NCBI GenBank assembly: GCA_012295275.1
Contig: CM022666.1
Span: 992,001 to 1,056,000 of the forward strand
DNA: 64,000 nucleotides
Reading direction: 5' to 3'
Source: Chrysomallon squamiferum
Lineage: Eukaryota > Animalia > Mollusca
The notes under the pieces were generated by a model. It saw only the letters and a list, made by a program, of their open reading frames with translations. It searched no databases and had not been told where the DNA came from. Both the position numbers and the translations under genes were made by a program. This document shows, one piece after another, positions 45,241 to 58,623 of this stretch (position 1 is the stretch's first letter; the number at the start of each line of letters is the position of its first letter).

Positions 45241-46437
45241 GTTTGTGGTTTCCCTCGTCAGTGAGAATGTTAAAGAGTGTGAGGTGCTTCTCAGATAATC
45301 TGGCGAGTGATGAGGCAGTTTGAGTTTAGCTCAAAGTTCTTTGCATGGGCACGTTCTGGCTTTAACATGTAAAAAGATTGAAATTTTTTTTAAAAATGTT
45401 TTGAAATTAATGATGATTTTTTTTTTTTTTCTTGATTAATTGTTATGATTTTTGGTTGTTTTTATCAATCAAAAATGTTTTGTTTTCAAAACATTATTAT
45501 TATTATTATTTTTTATTTATTGTTCAGTAATTGTTTAATTTAAAATATTATTACCAGTCTTGTCACTGGTATTATTTTATAAATTTTTTAGTTTTATTTG
45601 TTAATTAGTTCTGAAATCTTGATTAATGTATATTTTGTTATTGTTGTTGTTAACATCATTGTTATTTTATTATTGTTATTATATTTTATTAAGAGTTAAA
45701 ATAATAAACTTCAGTATGAATATTAGAAAGGAACGTATGTCGTATTCTTAAAATAACAACCAAATGATTTCTAGTGTTTTCCTTTAATAGCCATTCAAAA
45801 ACTGATAGAAGAATGACAATTCTTCTTTTGACCATTAATAATGGACACAAATTGAATGACAGTGCATTTATCACTTTTGTCATACACAATTTGTTGATAG
45901 CAAGCCATGAGATCTGAGGGATAAAGAAAATAATTGTAGGAAAAAAACGGGGGGAAATAAAAAGATAATGGTGATAGATTTATTGGTTATAAATCTAGAA
46001 AATAATTGAAAATATTTCCTCTGTCAATCGAAGTAGAACCTGATAAATGGATTTGTGGCTTTTAGTATTTAGTTGCTGGAGAAAATGGAAAAAGAAGAAG
46101 AAGGAGAAAAAGAAAGAGAGAGAAAAAGAATGATAGTTGTTGGGGGAAGGAAGATAAAGAGCTGAAGAGAATGAGAGAAATAGAGATAAAAATAAAGTGT
46201 AACAAAATAAAGAGAGTCTGAATGAGATAGAGAAAAAACACAGAGAATGATAGACAGTTATAATAAAAGAGAGAGGGAAGAAGAAAGAATGATAGAGGGA
46301 GGAAGAGAAACACAGAAAGATAGAGATAAAGTGAGATAGAGAAGGGTCAGACATACAGAGAGAAAGAGAGAGTCATTCAGAGAGTAAGGGATTAATATGG
46401 ATAGAAAGAGAAAGGTAAATTAAATGAAAGGGAGGAG

Positions 46438-46504
<67 letters not shown>

Positions 46505-46647
46505 TGACAGTAAATAAAAAAGAAATGAGTGAGAGAAGTGAAAATAAAAGATACAAAAGTGAAATAGTATCATAAAAGTTATGATGTAAAAAAGAAGTAA
46601 GAAGAGTGAAGAAATAAGAAAATAAGAAAAAAATAAATCACTGTCAT

Positions 46648-47350
46648 TTCTTTATTTTAATACAACATACATGTGAGACTTTTTGTTTTAATACAACACA
46701 TGTTATTTTAATGTTTATTTTAATACAACACACATGTGAGACTTTGTTTATTTTAATACAACAACATACAACATACATGTGAGACTGTTTGTTTTAATTT
46801 TAGACTGTTTATTTTAATACAACATACATGTGAGACTGTTTATTTTAATACAACACACATGTGAGACTTTGTTTATTTTAATACAACATACATGTGAGAC
46901 TTTGTTTATTTTAATACAACATACATGTGAGACTTTGTTTATTTTAAATACAACATACAGATAGTGAGACTGTTTATTTTATACAACAATACGTGAGAAC
47001 AACATACATGTGAGACTTTTATTTTTTAATACAATGTATATGTGAGACTTTGTTTATTTTAATACAACACACATGTGAGACTTTATTTTAATACAACACA
47101 CATGTGAGACTGTTTATTTTAATACAACACACATGTGAGACTTTGTTATTTTAATACAACACACATGTGAGACTTTATTTTAATACAACATACATGTGAG
47201 ACTTTGTTATTTTAATACAACACATGTGAGACTTTGTTTATTTTAATACAACACACATGTGAGACTGTTTATTTTAATACAACATACATGTGAGACTGTT
47301 TATTTTAATACAACACAGATGTGAGAATTTGTTTATTTTAATACAACAAA
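46648..47350. repeat. 31-33-bp minisatellite, about 21 copies (tttattttaatacaacaYacatgtgagacttgt)
   Basis: Tandem units, some truncated or scrambled. Confidence 0.92.
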
Positions 47351-47829
47351 TGTAAAACTTCATTCAGGATAAACTTTACAGGAGTCATGTCTTCACCTAA
47401 CTGATCACATGTTTTAATAATGGTTTTGGTCACATTTGCAGATATCTGTTTTTCTATTTAATTGAATAATGTTCATGTGAAGCCATAGAAAGTTAGTGTA
47501 TTTTAGTAAACAAGATTTATTTTTATTTAAAAAACTTTTTTTTTTTTTTTAAATTAAAATATTTTTTAATGTCATTTTCCAAAGCAGACATCTTTGAAAC
47601 TAATTTTTTTTTTGGTTTGTTCAGATGTTTTTGTTTTTTACACTTAATTTTCTTTCTTTCTTTCTTTTATTTTCTTGTTTATAATTTATTTATTTATTAT
47701 CATCATCATCATGATTATGATGATCATCAGTTTTCAACGAAGACACATCAAAAATATTTTTATTATTTAATGAATTTTAAAAAATACAATTATTTATTTT
47801 TGAAAGTTTTATTTTATTCATTGTTAACA

Positions 47830-47872
47830 TGCATGTGCATGCATGTTTTGGTGCAAAATGGTGTCGTGCATG
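47830..47872 (+). promoter_or_regulatory. Cluster of four UGCAUG (Rbfox-type) intronic splicing elements
   Basis: TGCATG at 47830, 47836, 47840 and 47867, within 80 nt upstream of the 47907 acceptor. Confidence 0.55.
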
Positions 47873-47906
47873 CATTACTGTTCAGTGTGTTGTTGCTATG
47901 TTACAG

Positions 47907-47963
47907 ATACAGTTATTGATTGCGGGGTAGAGCCTCTGTTTGATCTCAGAGAAATGGTAGTGG
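47907..47963 (+). CDS. CASK: Candidate alternative exon: (D)TVIDCGVEPLFDLREMVV(G)
   Basis: Flanked by tgttacAG and G|GTAAGA; 57 nt, phase 1-1, matching the host intron and stop-free in the required frame. Four TGCATG motifs lie just upstream. Confidence 0.65.
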
Positions 47964-49877
47964 GTAAGAATAACCTTGTAGTACTCTGAGAGTTATCTTC
48001 CTTGATGTACTTCAAATACTAACAACATTAATATTGGTGTGAGGCATACTAATATTTTATTAATATCATTATTTTTTTTTTTTAAATTTGAATTATGTAT
48101 ATGAAATCTGTGAGAGTGAATGCATGTATGTCAGTGTGTGTGTCTGTGTATGTGTCTGTCATGATAATATGTCAACTGTTCTGTAACAGATGTGATAAAA
48201 ACTATATGATATTAGAGTATTAAAGAGTTTTTGATATTTTAAAATGAATAATAACAGCTACAATGTATGTATATAAAGATGGATGGATGGTTGGATATAT
48301 ATGTTTAATTGTAATTCATCATTTCATTAAATTTAATTATTTAAAAAAATATATATTTTTAATTTTTAATTAGTGGTTATTTTTTTAAGTACTTAAAATT
48401 AATATGCTTTACTTGCTTTCACAGACTTTTCATCTTTTTTTGTACTATATAATGAATGAGTCCTTTTTGTTCTAGTAGATATAATTAAAGTAGATATAAT
48501 TATATTCACACATTGTTACTGTCTGTCTATCTGTCACACACTCACAGACACACAAATATGATCTTGAAGCACAACTATTTTATATATTTTTTATATAAAT
48601 GTAGTTTTTATTATAGTTGATGTTTATTTTTGGTATCAAAAGTACTAAATTAAATATGAGCACTTATGCACAAATGCACACACATACAGATTTTGAATAA
48701 TAATAATTAAATATTAAATTAAAACATAATATGAACAAAAAAAAATCTTAAATATAATGGCAAAATGCATTAGTGTATGTGTGTGTGTATATATATATAC
48801 AGACAATACACACACACACTTAAAAATACAAAGATACAGTTTTAGTGATGTTGTCCATCCAAAATCAGCTTGTCTAGAGTTATTTCCCTTCACAACCATA
48901 TGATTATTATTATTATATTAATTGTTATTTTATTATTATTATTGCTACTGTTATTGATTTAAATTAAAATTTTCAAATTTATTTATCATTTTCTTTCAGT
49001 ATAATATTTTTTCCCCTTTTCTCTTTCCAAGTATTTACTTTAAAAAAAATATTGAAATATAAAAAATATTGAAATGGAATGAAATTTTCCTTATTTATAT
49101 ATATATTATTAAGAAAATATTCATTTTTACATTAAGCAAAACTTTTGAATAGAAATATTTAACATTTTTCTAATTTATAACTGATTTAATTTTTTAAGAA
49201 ACATTTTGGTTAGAAAAAGTTTCTTAAAATATTTAGGTTTTTTTTTTTTTTAAAATAAAAAGTATATGATAGTTTATGAATTAATTATTACTCTTATTTC
49301 TTTAAAAAAAAATAAATTCAAATTACTGTTCATAATTTATAAATTACGGATTATTTTTTTAATTTTATTTTTTATTTTAATATTATTTGTATTGTTATGA
49401 TTTTTTTTTTAAATAAATGATGGTAAATAAATTAAATTATTTTAACATAATTTTTGTGTCATCCAGTTTATAGATATGTAAAGGTATACAGTTATAATAT
49501 TACACCATTCTGAATTTTTTTCTTCTGTTTATCAAATTATAATTGAAACAATATATATATATATTATTTTTCATATACTCTTGTGTTTATTATAAATATA
49601 ATATGATTTTGCAAATAACCTTTAATATCTACATATAGTCAGTCATCTTATGATATTATTATATTTCTGCTTTCTGTTTTCAGATTAAAAACCCCATATA
49701 CACATATATTTTAATATAAAAGTATAAAATAAAATAATAAAATAATCTAAATATAACTATTTGATCAACAGATCTTTTAATTTTAAAAATATTTTCCAAA
49801 ATCCTGTTTGTTTACGTGTACTTTTATTTATCACAAATTATTATTATTTTTTTTTTCTAAATCAAAATAATACATCA

Positions 49878-50415
<538 letters not shown>

Positions 50416-50705
50416 TAGTTGTGTGCATCTTTGTCCTTGTTGTTGTGGTAAGAAGCATCTTCTGGAGTCATTGTTATTGTTTATAATTGTCATAACAAAA
50501 TATGTTTCAGTTCTTGGTGATGTTTTTTAAAAAATACAGTGGAGTGTGTTGAGATTTTTATAAAATGTATTTTATTTATTTATTTGTTTATTTATTTGTT
50601 TACGTAATCTGTCTTTTTGTAATCATTTTTGTGAATTTTATGGGTTGATGATTTTAATATTTATCATTATATCTATAATAACATCAGCAACAACAGCTTT
50701 GAATC

Positions 50706-50741
<36 letters not shown>

Positions 50742-51116
50742 TTGCTAATACCACTTCAGCCACTTCTACAACTTACTACTTCAACTGTTACAATTAGCAT
50801 TTCATTATTATTATCACATTATCATCATCATCATCCTTATCATTATCATCATCATTATTGTTATCATCATCATTGTTACTATTATCATTATCATCATCAT
50901 CATCATCATTATTATTATTATTATCATTGTTATTATTATTGTTGTTATTTTTATTATTATCATTGTTATTATTATTGTTATTATTGTTATTATTATTATT
51001 ATTATTATCATTGTTATTATTATTATTATTATTATTGTTACTATCAGTTATTATTTTTATTATTATTATTATTATTATTATTGTTATTATCATTGTTATT
51101 ATTTTTATTATTATTA

Positions 51117-51170
<54 letters not shown>

Positions 51171-51181
51171 TTGTTATTATT
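50706..51181. repeat. Compound trinucleotide microsatellite (CTA)n/(CAT)n/(TAT/TGT)n running up to the 51186 acceptor
   Basis: Seen directly. Confidence 0.93.
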
Positions 51182-51185
51182 GCAG

Positions 51186-51308
51186 ATGAGACCTAAACAG
51201 TGGGATTTGTTATCTCCACAAGCAAAACAGTTAGTTACTAGATTACTAGAAGTAGATCCACAAAAACGTTTAACCATTGAAGAGGCCTTAAATCATCCTT
51301 GGATTAAA
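51186..51308 (+). CDS. CASK: CASK coding exon: MRPKQWDLLSPQAKQLVTRLLEVDPQKRLTIEEALNHPWIK
   Basis: Flanked by ttgcAG and GTAAGT; 123 nt, phase 0-0. Encodes kinase subdomain XI (DPxxR...EALNHPW). Confidence 0.96.
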
Positions 51309-51868
51309 GTAAGTAGAAAATTTCAAACTAATAATATAAATATTTAAAAAAATACTTTTTAACAAGTGGTACACAAGGCAGATTCACTGAAAGATTAAGG
51401 CTAAAATCTTATATTTTATCATTTTAATTTCTTTCCTTAATTTTTTTTTTTTGTTTTAATTTTATTTTTTTTATTTTATTTTATTTTATTTTATTTTATT
51501 TTATTTTTTTTTATTTTTTATTTTTTTTTAAATGCCATATTTTAATTATTAAAAATAAATTTATATTTTAATTTCATGTTTTTGTTATTTTATTTCCTTC
51601 ATTTTAATTTTATTTCACTTTAATTTATATTTTAACTTATATCACCTATTATTTGTTATTATTATTATATTATTATTATTAAAATTATTATTATTTCTTC
51701 CATTTGTTTCATTTCTTTATTAAATTTTGTTATCAATATTTCCAAAATTTATTTCTTGTAGTTTTTTGCTGTATTTGTATGTAATATATACTCATTAAAG
51801 TTTATAAAAATACTTACTCCATCTCTTCAGCATTTCACAGTCTGTGTTTTCTGTTTTATTTCTTTCAG

Positions 51869-51949
51869 GACAGAAAACTGACTCCAAGAACACATCTACA
51901 TGATACCGTAGAAACACTTAAAAAATTTAATGCAAGGAGAAAATTAAAG
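51869..51949 (+). CDS. CASK: CASK coding exon, CaMKII-like regulatory segment: DRKLTPRTHLHDTVETLKKFNARRKLK
   Basis: Flanked by tctttcAG and GTGAGA; 81 nt, phase 0-0. FNARRKLK is the CaMKII/CASK autoinhibitory and calmodulin-binding motif. Confidence 0.95.
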
Positions 51950-52899
51950 GTGAGATCAGTTTCTGAAAGTAAAAACAAGAAAAAAGTGAAAGTGAAATGA
52001 TAAAATGCAGTAACCTAAAACAAATCAACAAAACATTGAGAAAAAAAAAAAAAAAAGAAATTTGAATGAAATAATATTTTATGTATACAAGGAATTTTCA
52101 AGAAATTTTAAAGTCAAAAAAAAATATAACAAAAATATAAGAAATAAATCAAATTTTAAAAATAATTTAAAAATTAAAAATTTTGTATTTTTTTACTTTT
52201 AAAATTTAAAAAAAAAAAATTAAAATCTTGGATTTTTGAAATTGAAATGTTGCCCATTTTTTTTTTTTTTTCATCATTTTGTTTTATTTTATTTGTTTAA
52301 TTTTCTTTTTTTTATACATTTATTCATTTATTATTTTATTTTCTTTTTACATTTATTTTATTTTTTAAATTAATTTAATTTATTTTTTTATTTTCATTTA
52401 ATTTCATTTCATTAAACTTTTTTATTTTTATTTATTTTTAAATTTTTTTTTTTATTTAATTTCAACTGTTCAAATTTTATTTTAAAAAAAAAAATTTTAA
52501 CTTTTATTTTTTTAAAAATTTTATTTCTTTTTTTTTTTTTTAATTTTATTTTATTTTAATTTATTTTCTTTTTTGAAAATGTCATTATTATTGCTATATT
52601 GCATTTCATTTTATATGGACAGACTTTTTTAAATTTACCCGTCTTTTTTTTTCTTCTTTGATTTTATTTTGTTTTCATTTCCTGGTTTTTATTTATTAAT
52701 TTTCTAAACATAGCTCATAGATTTTCATTTAATTTTATTTCATTAAACATTCATAGATTTTTACTTTTAGACTTTTTTATTTAATTTCATAATTTTTGTT
52801 TAAACTTATTTTTAAATACACAAAAAAAAACATTTAACTTTTTTCTAAATTACATTTCTGATTTTTTTTTTTTTTTATTTTAATTTAATTTAATTTTAT

Positions 52900-53235
52900 T
52901 TAGATTTTTTTCTAAAATGTCATCATAGATTTTTGTTTAGACTTATTTCCAAATAAGTGGACAGATTTTTGTTTAGACTTATTCCTTAAATACACATCAG
53001 CTGAAGATTATTGTTTAGACTTGTTTCTAAATACACATCATAGATTTTTGTTTAGACTTATTTCTAAATAAATAGATTTTTGTTTAGACTTATTTCTAAA
53101 TACACATCGTAGATTATTGTTTAGACTTGTTTTTACACTAGATTATTGTTAAACATAGCTCATAGATTTTAGACTTATTTTTGCTTAGATTTTTGTTTCT
53201 TATTTCTAAATACACGTCATATATTATTGTTTAGA
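52900..53235. repeat. Irregular ~37-bp minisatellite (tagatttttgtttagacttatttctaaatacacatca)
   Basis: Recurrent units with scrambled fragments; possibly a poor assembly consensus. Confidence 0.75.
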
Positions 53236-53465
53236 ATGAGTAACCCAGTAAATTGTGGTTAAACTGTTCTGGTAAATAAGAAAGTTATTTTAATGTAATT
53301 TAAAACAAGAAAATAATAGACAAACAACAACAATAATAACAACAACAACAACAACAACAACAACAATAATAATATAAAAACAACAGTCAATAATACAATA
53401 ATAATAAAGGCACACATACAATTTTAAATTATTTGACAAAACGAAACTGTTTTGAAAAACCATCT

Positions 53466-53480
53466 AAGGGAGATAACTCT
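53466..53480 (+). promoter_or_regulatory. AAGGGAGATAACTCT element, candidate RNA docking site
   Basis: Reverse-complementary, with one G.U each, to 47989-48003, 48876-48890 and 54728-54741. It ends 13 nt before exon 53494. Confidence 0.45.
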
Positions 53481-53493
53481 GGTTTTCTCCAAG

Positions 53494-53615
53494 GAGCTGT
53501 GTCGCAGATACTGGACTCTCTAGAAGACATTCAGTGTCTGGCAGACTGTACAGAACAGGAGAACGAGTTCTTAGAAAGTGTCTTCCAGGATACAAAACTA
53601 CACAACCTTCTCAAC
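53494..53615 (+). CDS. CASK: CASK coding exon, L27-1 N-terminal part: (G)AVSQILDSLEDIQCLADCTEQENEFLESVFQDTKLHNLLN
   Basis: Flanked by ttttctccaAG and GTGAGT; 122 nt, phase 1 to phase 0. Matches recalled human [40 protein letters not shown]. Confidence 0.93.
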
Positions 53616-54752
53616 GTGAGTACCCAGTTTGTGTTATCCCTACAGCTTCAAGTTGCGTTTAGTTGCTTTTTAGAAAAAATCGGAACAGCTGTAAATACGA
53701 AGAATTTGTTGTATTTGTCAAATTTATTCTGAGAGATGTTTTTTTTTTAAATCTGAATTTAAATCTGAAATGTTTATTTATCTCTGTCAGTGTTTTATTG
53801 TAAAGATTCCCTTTCTTGTTTGATTTATTATTATTATTATTATAATTTTTATTATTATTATTATTATTATTTTTATTTTTATTTATTTATTTATTTATTT
53901 ATTCATTTTTCGACCTAATATATATAAATTATTAATAATGTTTTTTCATGTTATTTTTAAATCTAAGTTCATTTTTCTGTCAGTTTAATGCTTGAAAAAG
54001 AAATTAAAATCACTACAAATTATGAAAAGAAAATTATTATTACAACATCCTTTTGTTTCATGTATTACTGGAATGACACTTAATTAACATTTATATAAAA
54101 CCATTTTAAAATGAAGATTTGTCATAAGGCTTTTAAGATATTTTGGATTTGCAAAAGTTAATTTTTAGGAAGTTCTCATATATATTTATGTATCTAACTT
54201 GACAAAAACATAAAATTGCTGAACTTTGTTTTTTAATTTATGTATTGTTTATTTATTTAGTATTATTATTATTATTATTATTAATGATACTATTATTGTT
54301 AATACACTGTTAGAAGAAGATATTCTTTATAGCTGGGAATATTGTTCAGATCAACAACAGAATTTGATATATTTAAAAAAAAAATGTTCCTTCTTTTCAT
54401 CAAGATACTAGTTTAGTTTCAAAAGAAGACTGAATATTTTTTAATTTTTAATACAAATTAACAAACAAACAAACACCCTAAAACTACTAACAAGCAAAAC
54501 AATTTTAAATTAAATGAATTGATAAACAAACAAAAAAGTCTCTGTCATTACTAAAAATTTTACAATTATTTTATTTATTTTAATATTATATTAAATAAAC
54601 TGTAAATATAATTACATTACTAATTATTAATGAGAATGTTTTTTTTTTTTCATTTCTTAAAAAAATGTATTTATTTTATTTTTTATGATAAATCACTATT
54701 TTTATTACAAAAAGAAAACATTAAACTGAGTTGTCTCCCTTCCTCTACACAG

Positions 54753-54809
54753 GAACGGGAGTTCTTAGAAAACTTGTTTCAAGACCCCAAATTTCATGCT
54801 TTGTTGGAT
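54753..54809 (+). CDS. CASK: Duplicated L27 half-exon (alternative exon): EREFLENLFQDPKFHALLD
   Basis: Flanked by tcccttcctctacacAG and GTGAGT; 57 nt, phase 0-0, open frame. Aligns without gaps to the last 19 codons of 53494-53615. Confidence 0.8.
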
Positions 54810-55224
54810 GTGAGTACTGAATGCATAGGCCTAGATGTTATATACTCGAATGACCTACTTATTATTTCACACCTAGACTTTATTTTGGTTGACATGTGCA
54901 TTTTTTTATACTAGACTGTATTCCATTGATCATTTTTTTTTTTCCTGATTTTTTTTTTATTATTATAATTTTTTTCTTCCTCTTAATTAATTTAAAAACC
55001 TATAGAGTTTATATCCATTTGTTTTGTTATACCCATTATTTGCAGTTGTTAGAGAAAGTGGACAGAGGTGTTTAGCAGTTATTTAGTTCAGAGATATCTG
55101 TTGGTGTGGTTTTACCCATCGATAACACATAGTTTAATTAATGTGATTTTTGTCTTTAATATGTTTTGTTTGGACTAGCATCATGATGTATTAAAATTAA
55201 TGATCACTCATATTATATAATGTC

Positions 55225-55268
<44 letters not shown>

Positions 55269-55733
55269 CGCATTATGACATACTGCAGTTATTAGTCTAT
55301 GTATTACTATAATTATTGAAGAAGTCAAAACGGCATCATGATATATTCTTGGTATTAGTCTCTATCTCTCTCTCTTTCTCTTTCTCTCTCTCTTTCTCTC
55401 TCTAAATCTGTCTATCTTTGAAACACTGATATTCTCTGTCTGTGTCTGTTTTTTAAGAGATATTGACATCATAGTATATTATAAACATGATCTGTTCATT
55501 ATTATTATTATTATTACCAAAGTTAAAACTATTTTTGGTGATAATGAGAAAATTATTGATCCATAAAACATATCTTGTGATTACTGAAACATACTGCTTA
55601 GAATAATAATAAGAATAGTAATAATAATAATAACAACAATAATAATAGTAATTAAAATTGTAAACTATTTTAATTAAAAACAAATATATTACTAAATGTA
55701 ATATTAAATAATATATCTCTACTTTGTCTTGCA

Positions 55734-55766
<33 letters not shown>

Positions 55767-58623
55767 TCCAGGTTTTCACATAATCAGAAGAATTATATAT
55801 GACAGCAGTACATCGTGTATGTTGTGAGTCATTTTCCATGAAACTCCTTCATCTAATACCTAACCACTTAGTCATAATGGATTCTTTGTGTTTCCATGGG
55901 TTTGGATTTTTGTTTTTTTATTACATATAGCTACAGACTAGACAAAATGCATGGCATGCAGACATATTTTGTATCTAGTGATCAATACAAATGTATAATC
56001 AGTGATATTGGAAATTGATTTTATTATAAAAAATAGAAAATAGGTTTTTAATATTATTAAAATGAACAGTTTTTTGGTGTTTGTCTTTTTCATATATATT
56101 TTCTAATATTATAATAATTTGTTATTGTTGTCATTATTATCATCATCATGTCATCATTAATAATAATAATATATTATACTTAGTACTGCAGCTATTTCAT
56201 TTTCAGAAATAATATTAAAATATAATTATTCTGATCTAATCATGCATGCTTATAAATAATATTTGTTTTTCAGGTCTTGATATACAATATGTTAATTTGT
56301 AAATAACATATATTTAATATAGTTTACATGAGAAATATTTTTTTATGTTTTTGTTGTTTTAAGGAATGGAGTAAAATTAAATATGTATTTGAATTTCTTT
56401 TTATTTATTTATTTATTTATTTATTTTAACTGAGAAATGTTAAAGAATTTAATATAGACTTGTATTAAAAAAGTAACCCCCCCAAAATGTTGTATGTTCA
56501 GATGTTTAATACAAATATTAAATTGAATGTAAAAGATGGTTAACTCAGATTTGTCCTAACCTCAGGACAAAGAGGTCACATTTACAACCACCTCATGGTT
56601 AAACACCCATTTGCTGCAACAGACTGGCTTCCCACTTTTCAAAGCCTCTAAAATAATGTCTAGTCAGATCTGTAAACAGCTGTACACAATTATGATTTAT
56701 TTCATTTCAGTCTAGACTCCCAGTCTAAATGTAGCCAAAGATATCAAGCTAGATTAAGACTGAATATCAGTGCAGATTCTGAAAATCACCATCTCTGTTT
56801 GCATTGAATGTAAATTTAAAAAAAGTGCTGAGCAACCTGGGCTTTTCAAACCTGATTAAAATTCATCTGCAACAGCTGTTTCAATTGGCTAATCTCAAGA
56901 GCATACTTGTGTCACGGTGCTTTTATTAGGAATGCTGTGATTTGTCGAGAAGTGGCTGCCTTATTGTGATTGGTTGGAGACGAGTGTGACTGCAATCATA
57001 CTTGATGTGGTGACAGTAAAGTTTTATTAAATCATGTTCTATCAGTGTATTCTTTGTGAATAGCCTTCCTGGCTTTGTCTGAGAATTTTCATCAGTATTT
57101 CATGATTTGCATGTTTATTGCAGTCTCTTCTCTTTTGTTCTTTGCCTTCTCTTTCTGTCTTTCTTTTTTTTTCCTTTCCTGTTCTTGTTTTATTTTTTAA
57201 AACTTTGTTTTAAAAATACTTTTCTTCTTGTTTAAAAAAATAACAACAATAATAATAAAAAAAAAAACCATTTGATGAAATTTGTCTATTTAATTTCTGC
57301 TTATTATTTTCTTATAATTATGTATCTTTTCAGTTTTTACAGTTAATTAAATTGCAGAATGTAGGAAAATCTGACATTGATTCTGAATAATCTTGATTTT
57401 ATTTTATTTTATTTTATTTTTTTATTTATTTTATTTTTTATTTTATTTTTTTTTATTTTATTTATTTTATTTTATTTTATTTTATTTTATTTTATTTTAT
57501 TTTATTTCATTTTTATTTTTTTATTTTGTTAATATAATTTGTTTTATTTAATTTGTTTTATTTATTTCTAGACGTAAATTTTAAAAGCAGACGTCTTGAA
57601 TAAGATACAGAAATAGAAAATGTCATTAAGATTTTTCAAAACAAATTGATTTTATTGGATGTATGTTGTGCAGATTTTTTTTTGTTGTCATGGGGATCCA
57701 GTTCTAGAATGCAACTTTTATAAAATATTTTTATATAGGAACTGTTCATATTAAGTATTTGCCTTTTGTATTTCGAAGGTTGTTACTGGGTGTTTTATTA
57801 TTTTTATTTTTAACTTTTATTATTATTTATCAAAAAAAAATGAAAAGAAATTTTTTTGGCTCTATTTTGAACAGATACCTTCTAAAACATATTGATTTTT
57901 AAATTAAATACACAAGTCTTTAGACTCAAAACACAAACAAAATTACATCACATTGCTTCATAGGCACGATATTTAAGTTAATTTTTAAAAAAAATGTTAA
58001 AAAAAATTACTGCTGCATTAGCTACTTAATTTGGTCTCCTAAATATATATACATATAATATTTTTTTATTTTTATTTTTATTTTAAAAAGAGCAAATAAG
58101 GACTGCTTCACTTGCTCTTCATGTTACCTAACTGGTTGGAGTCTGTATGACAAGTTTTGCCAGCTTAGTGCCACAAGGTTCATTTGCCATTTATAGCCGT
58201 GGGTTAAGTTTGGTCAATTTTCACTCGTTGGACCAGGAAATGTGTTGACTTAATTTTGCGATTCCATCTAAGTTTTGACACGGGCTTCACAGAAAGTGCT
58301 TTTTGTTTGCTTTCTGCATAAGCATGAGACACAAACGAAGATTTATTTGTTACAACACTGTAGACGGTGCATTCTCTCTCTATCTCTCTGCAATGCTGTT
58401 TCCATCTAGCCTGTCTTTTAACCTCTCCCAAAGCAGGGCCAAGTTGTCGTTTTAATCCATGGATGCACAGATTGGTTGGGAGAGTGTATTAAATAGTGAC
58501 GTTTATTCAGTTTGAGAGGACTGCATAGATTTCTCTGATGTGCTATATTGATAATGGACTCTAATGGAGGTGTGCATGTAATCCTTCATTTTCTTATCTC
58601 ATCTACAAACTGCTTTGAGTATT

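Noticed and set aside
58143-58177. CTG TAT GAC AAG (LYDK), resembling the start of the next CASK exon
   Set aside because: The preceding AG is one base out of phase, there is no pyrimidine tract, and similarity stops after four codons.
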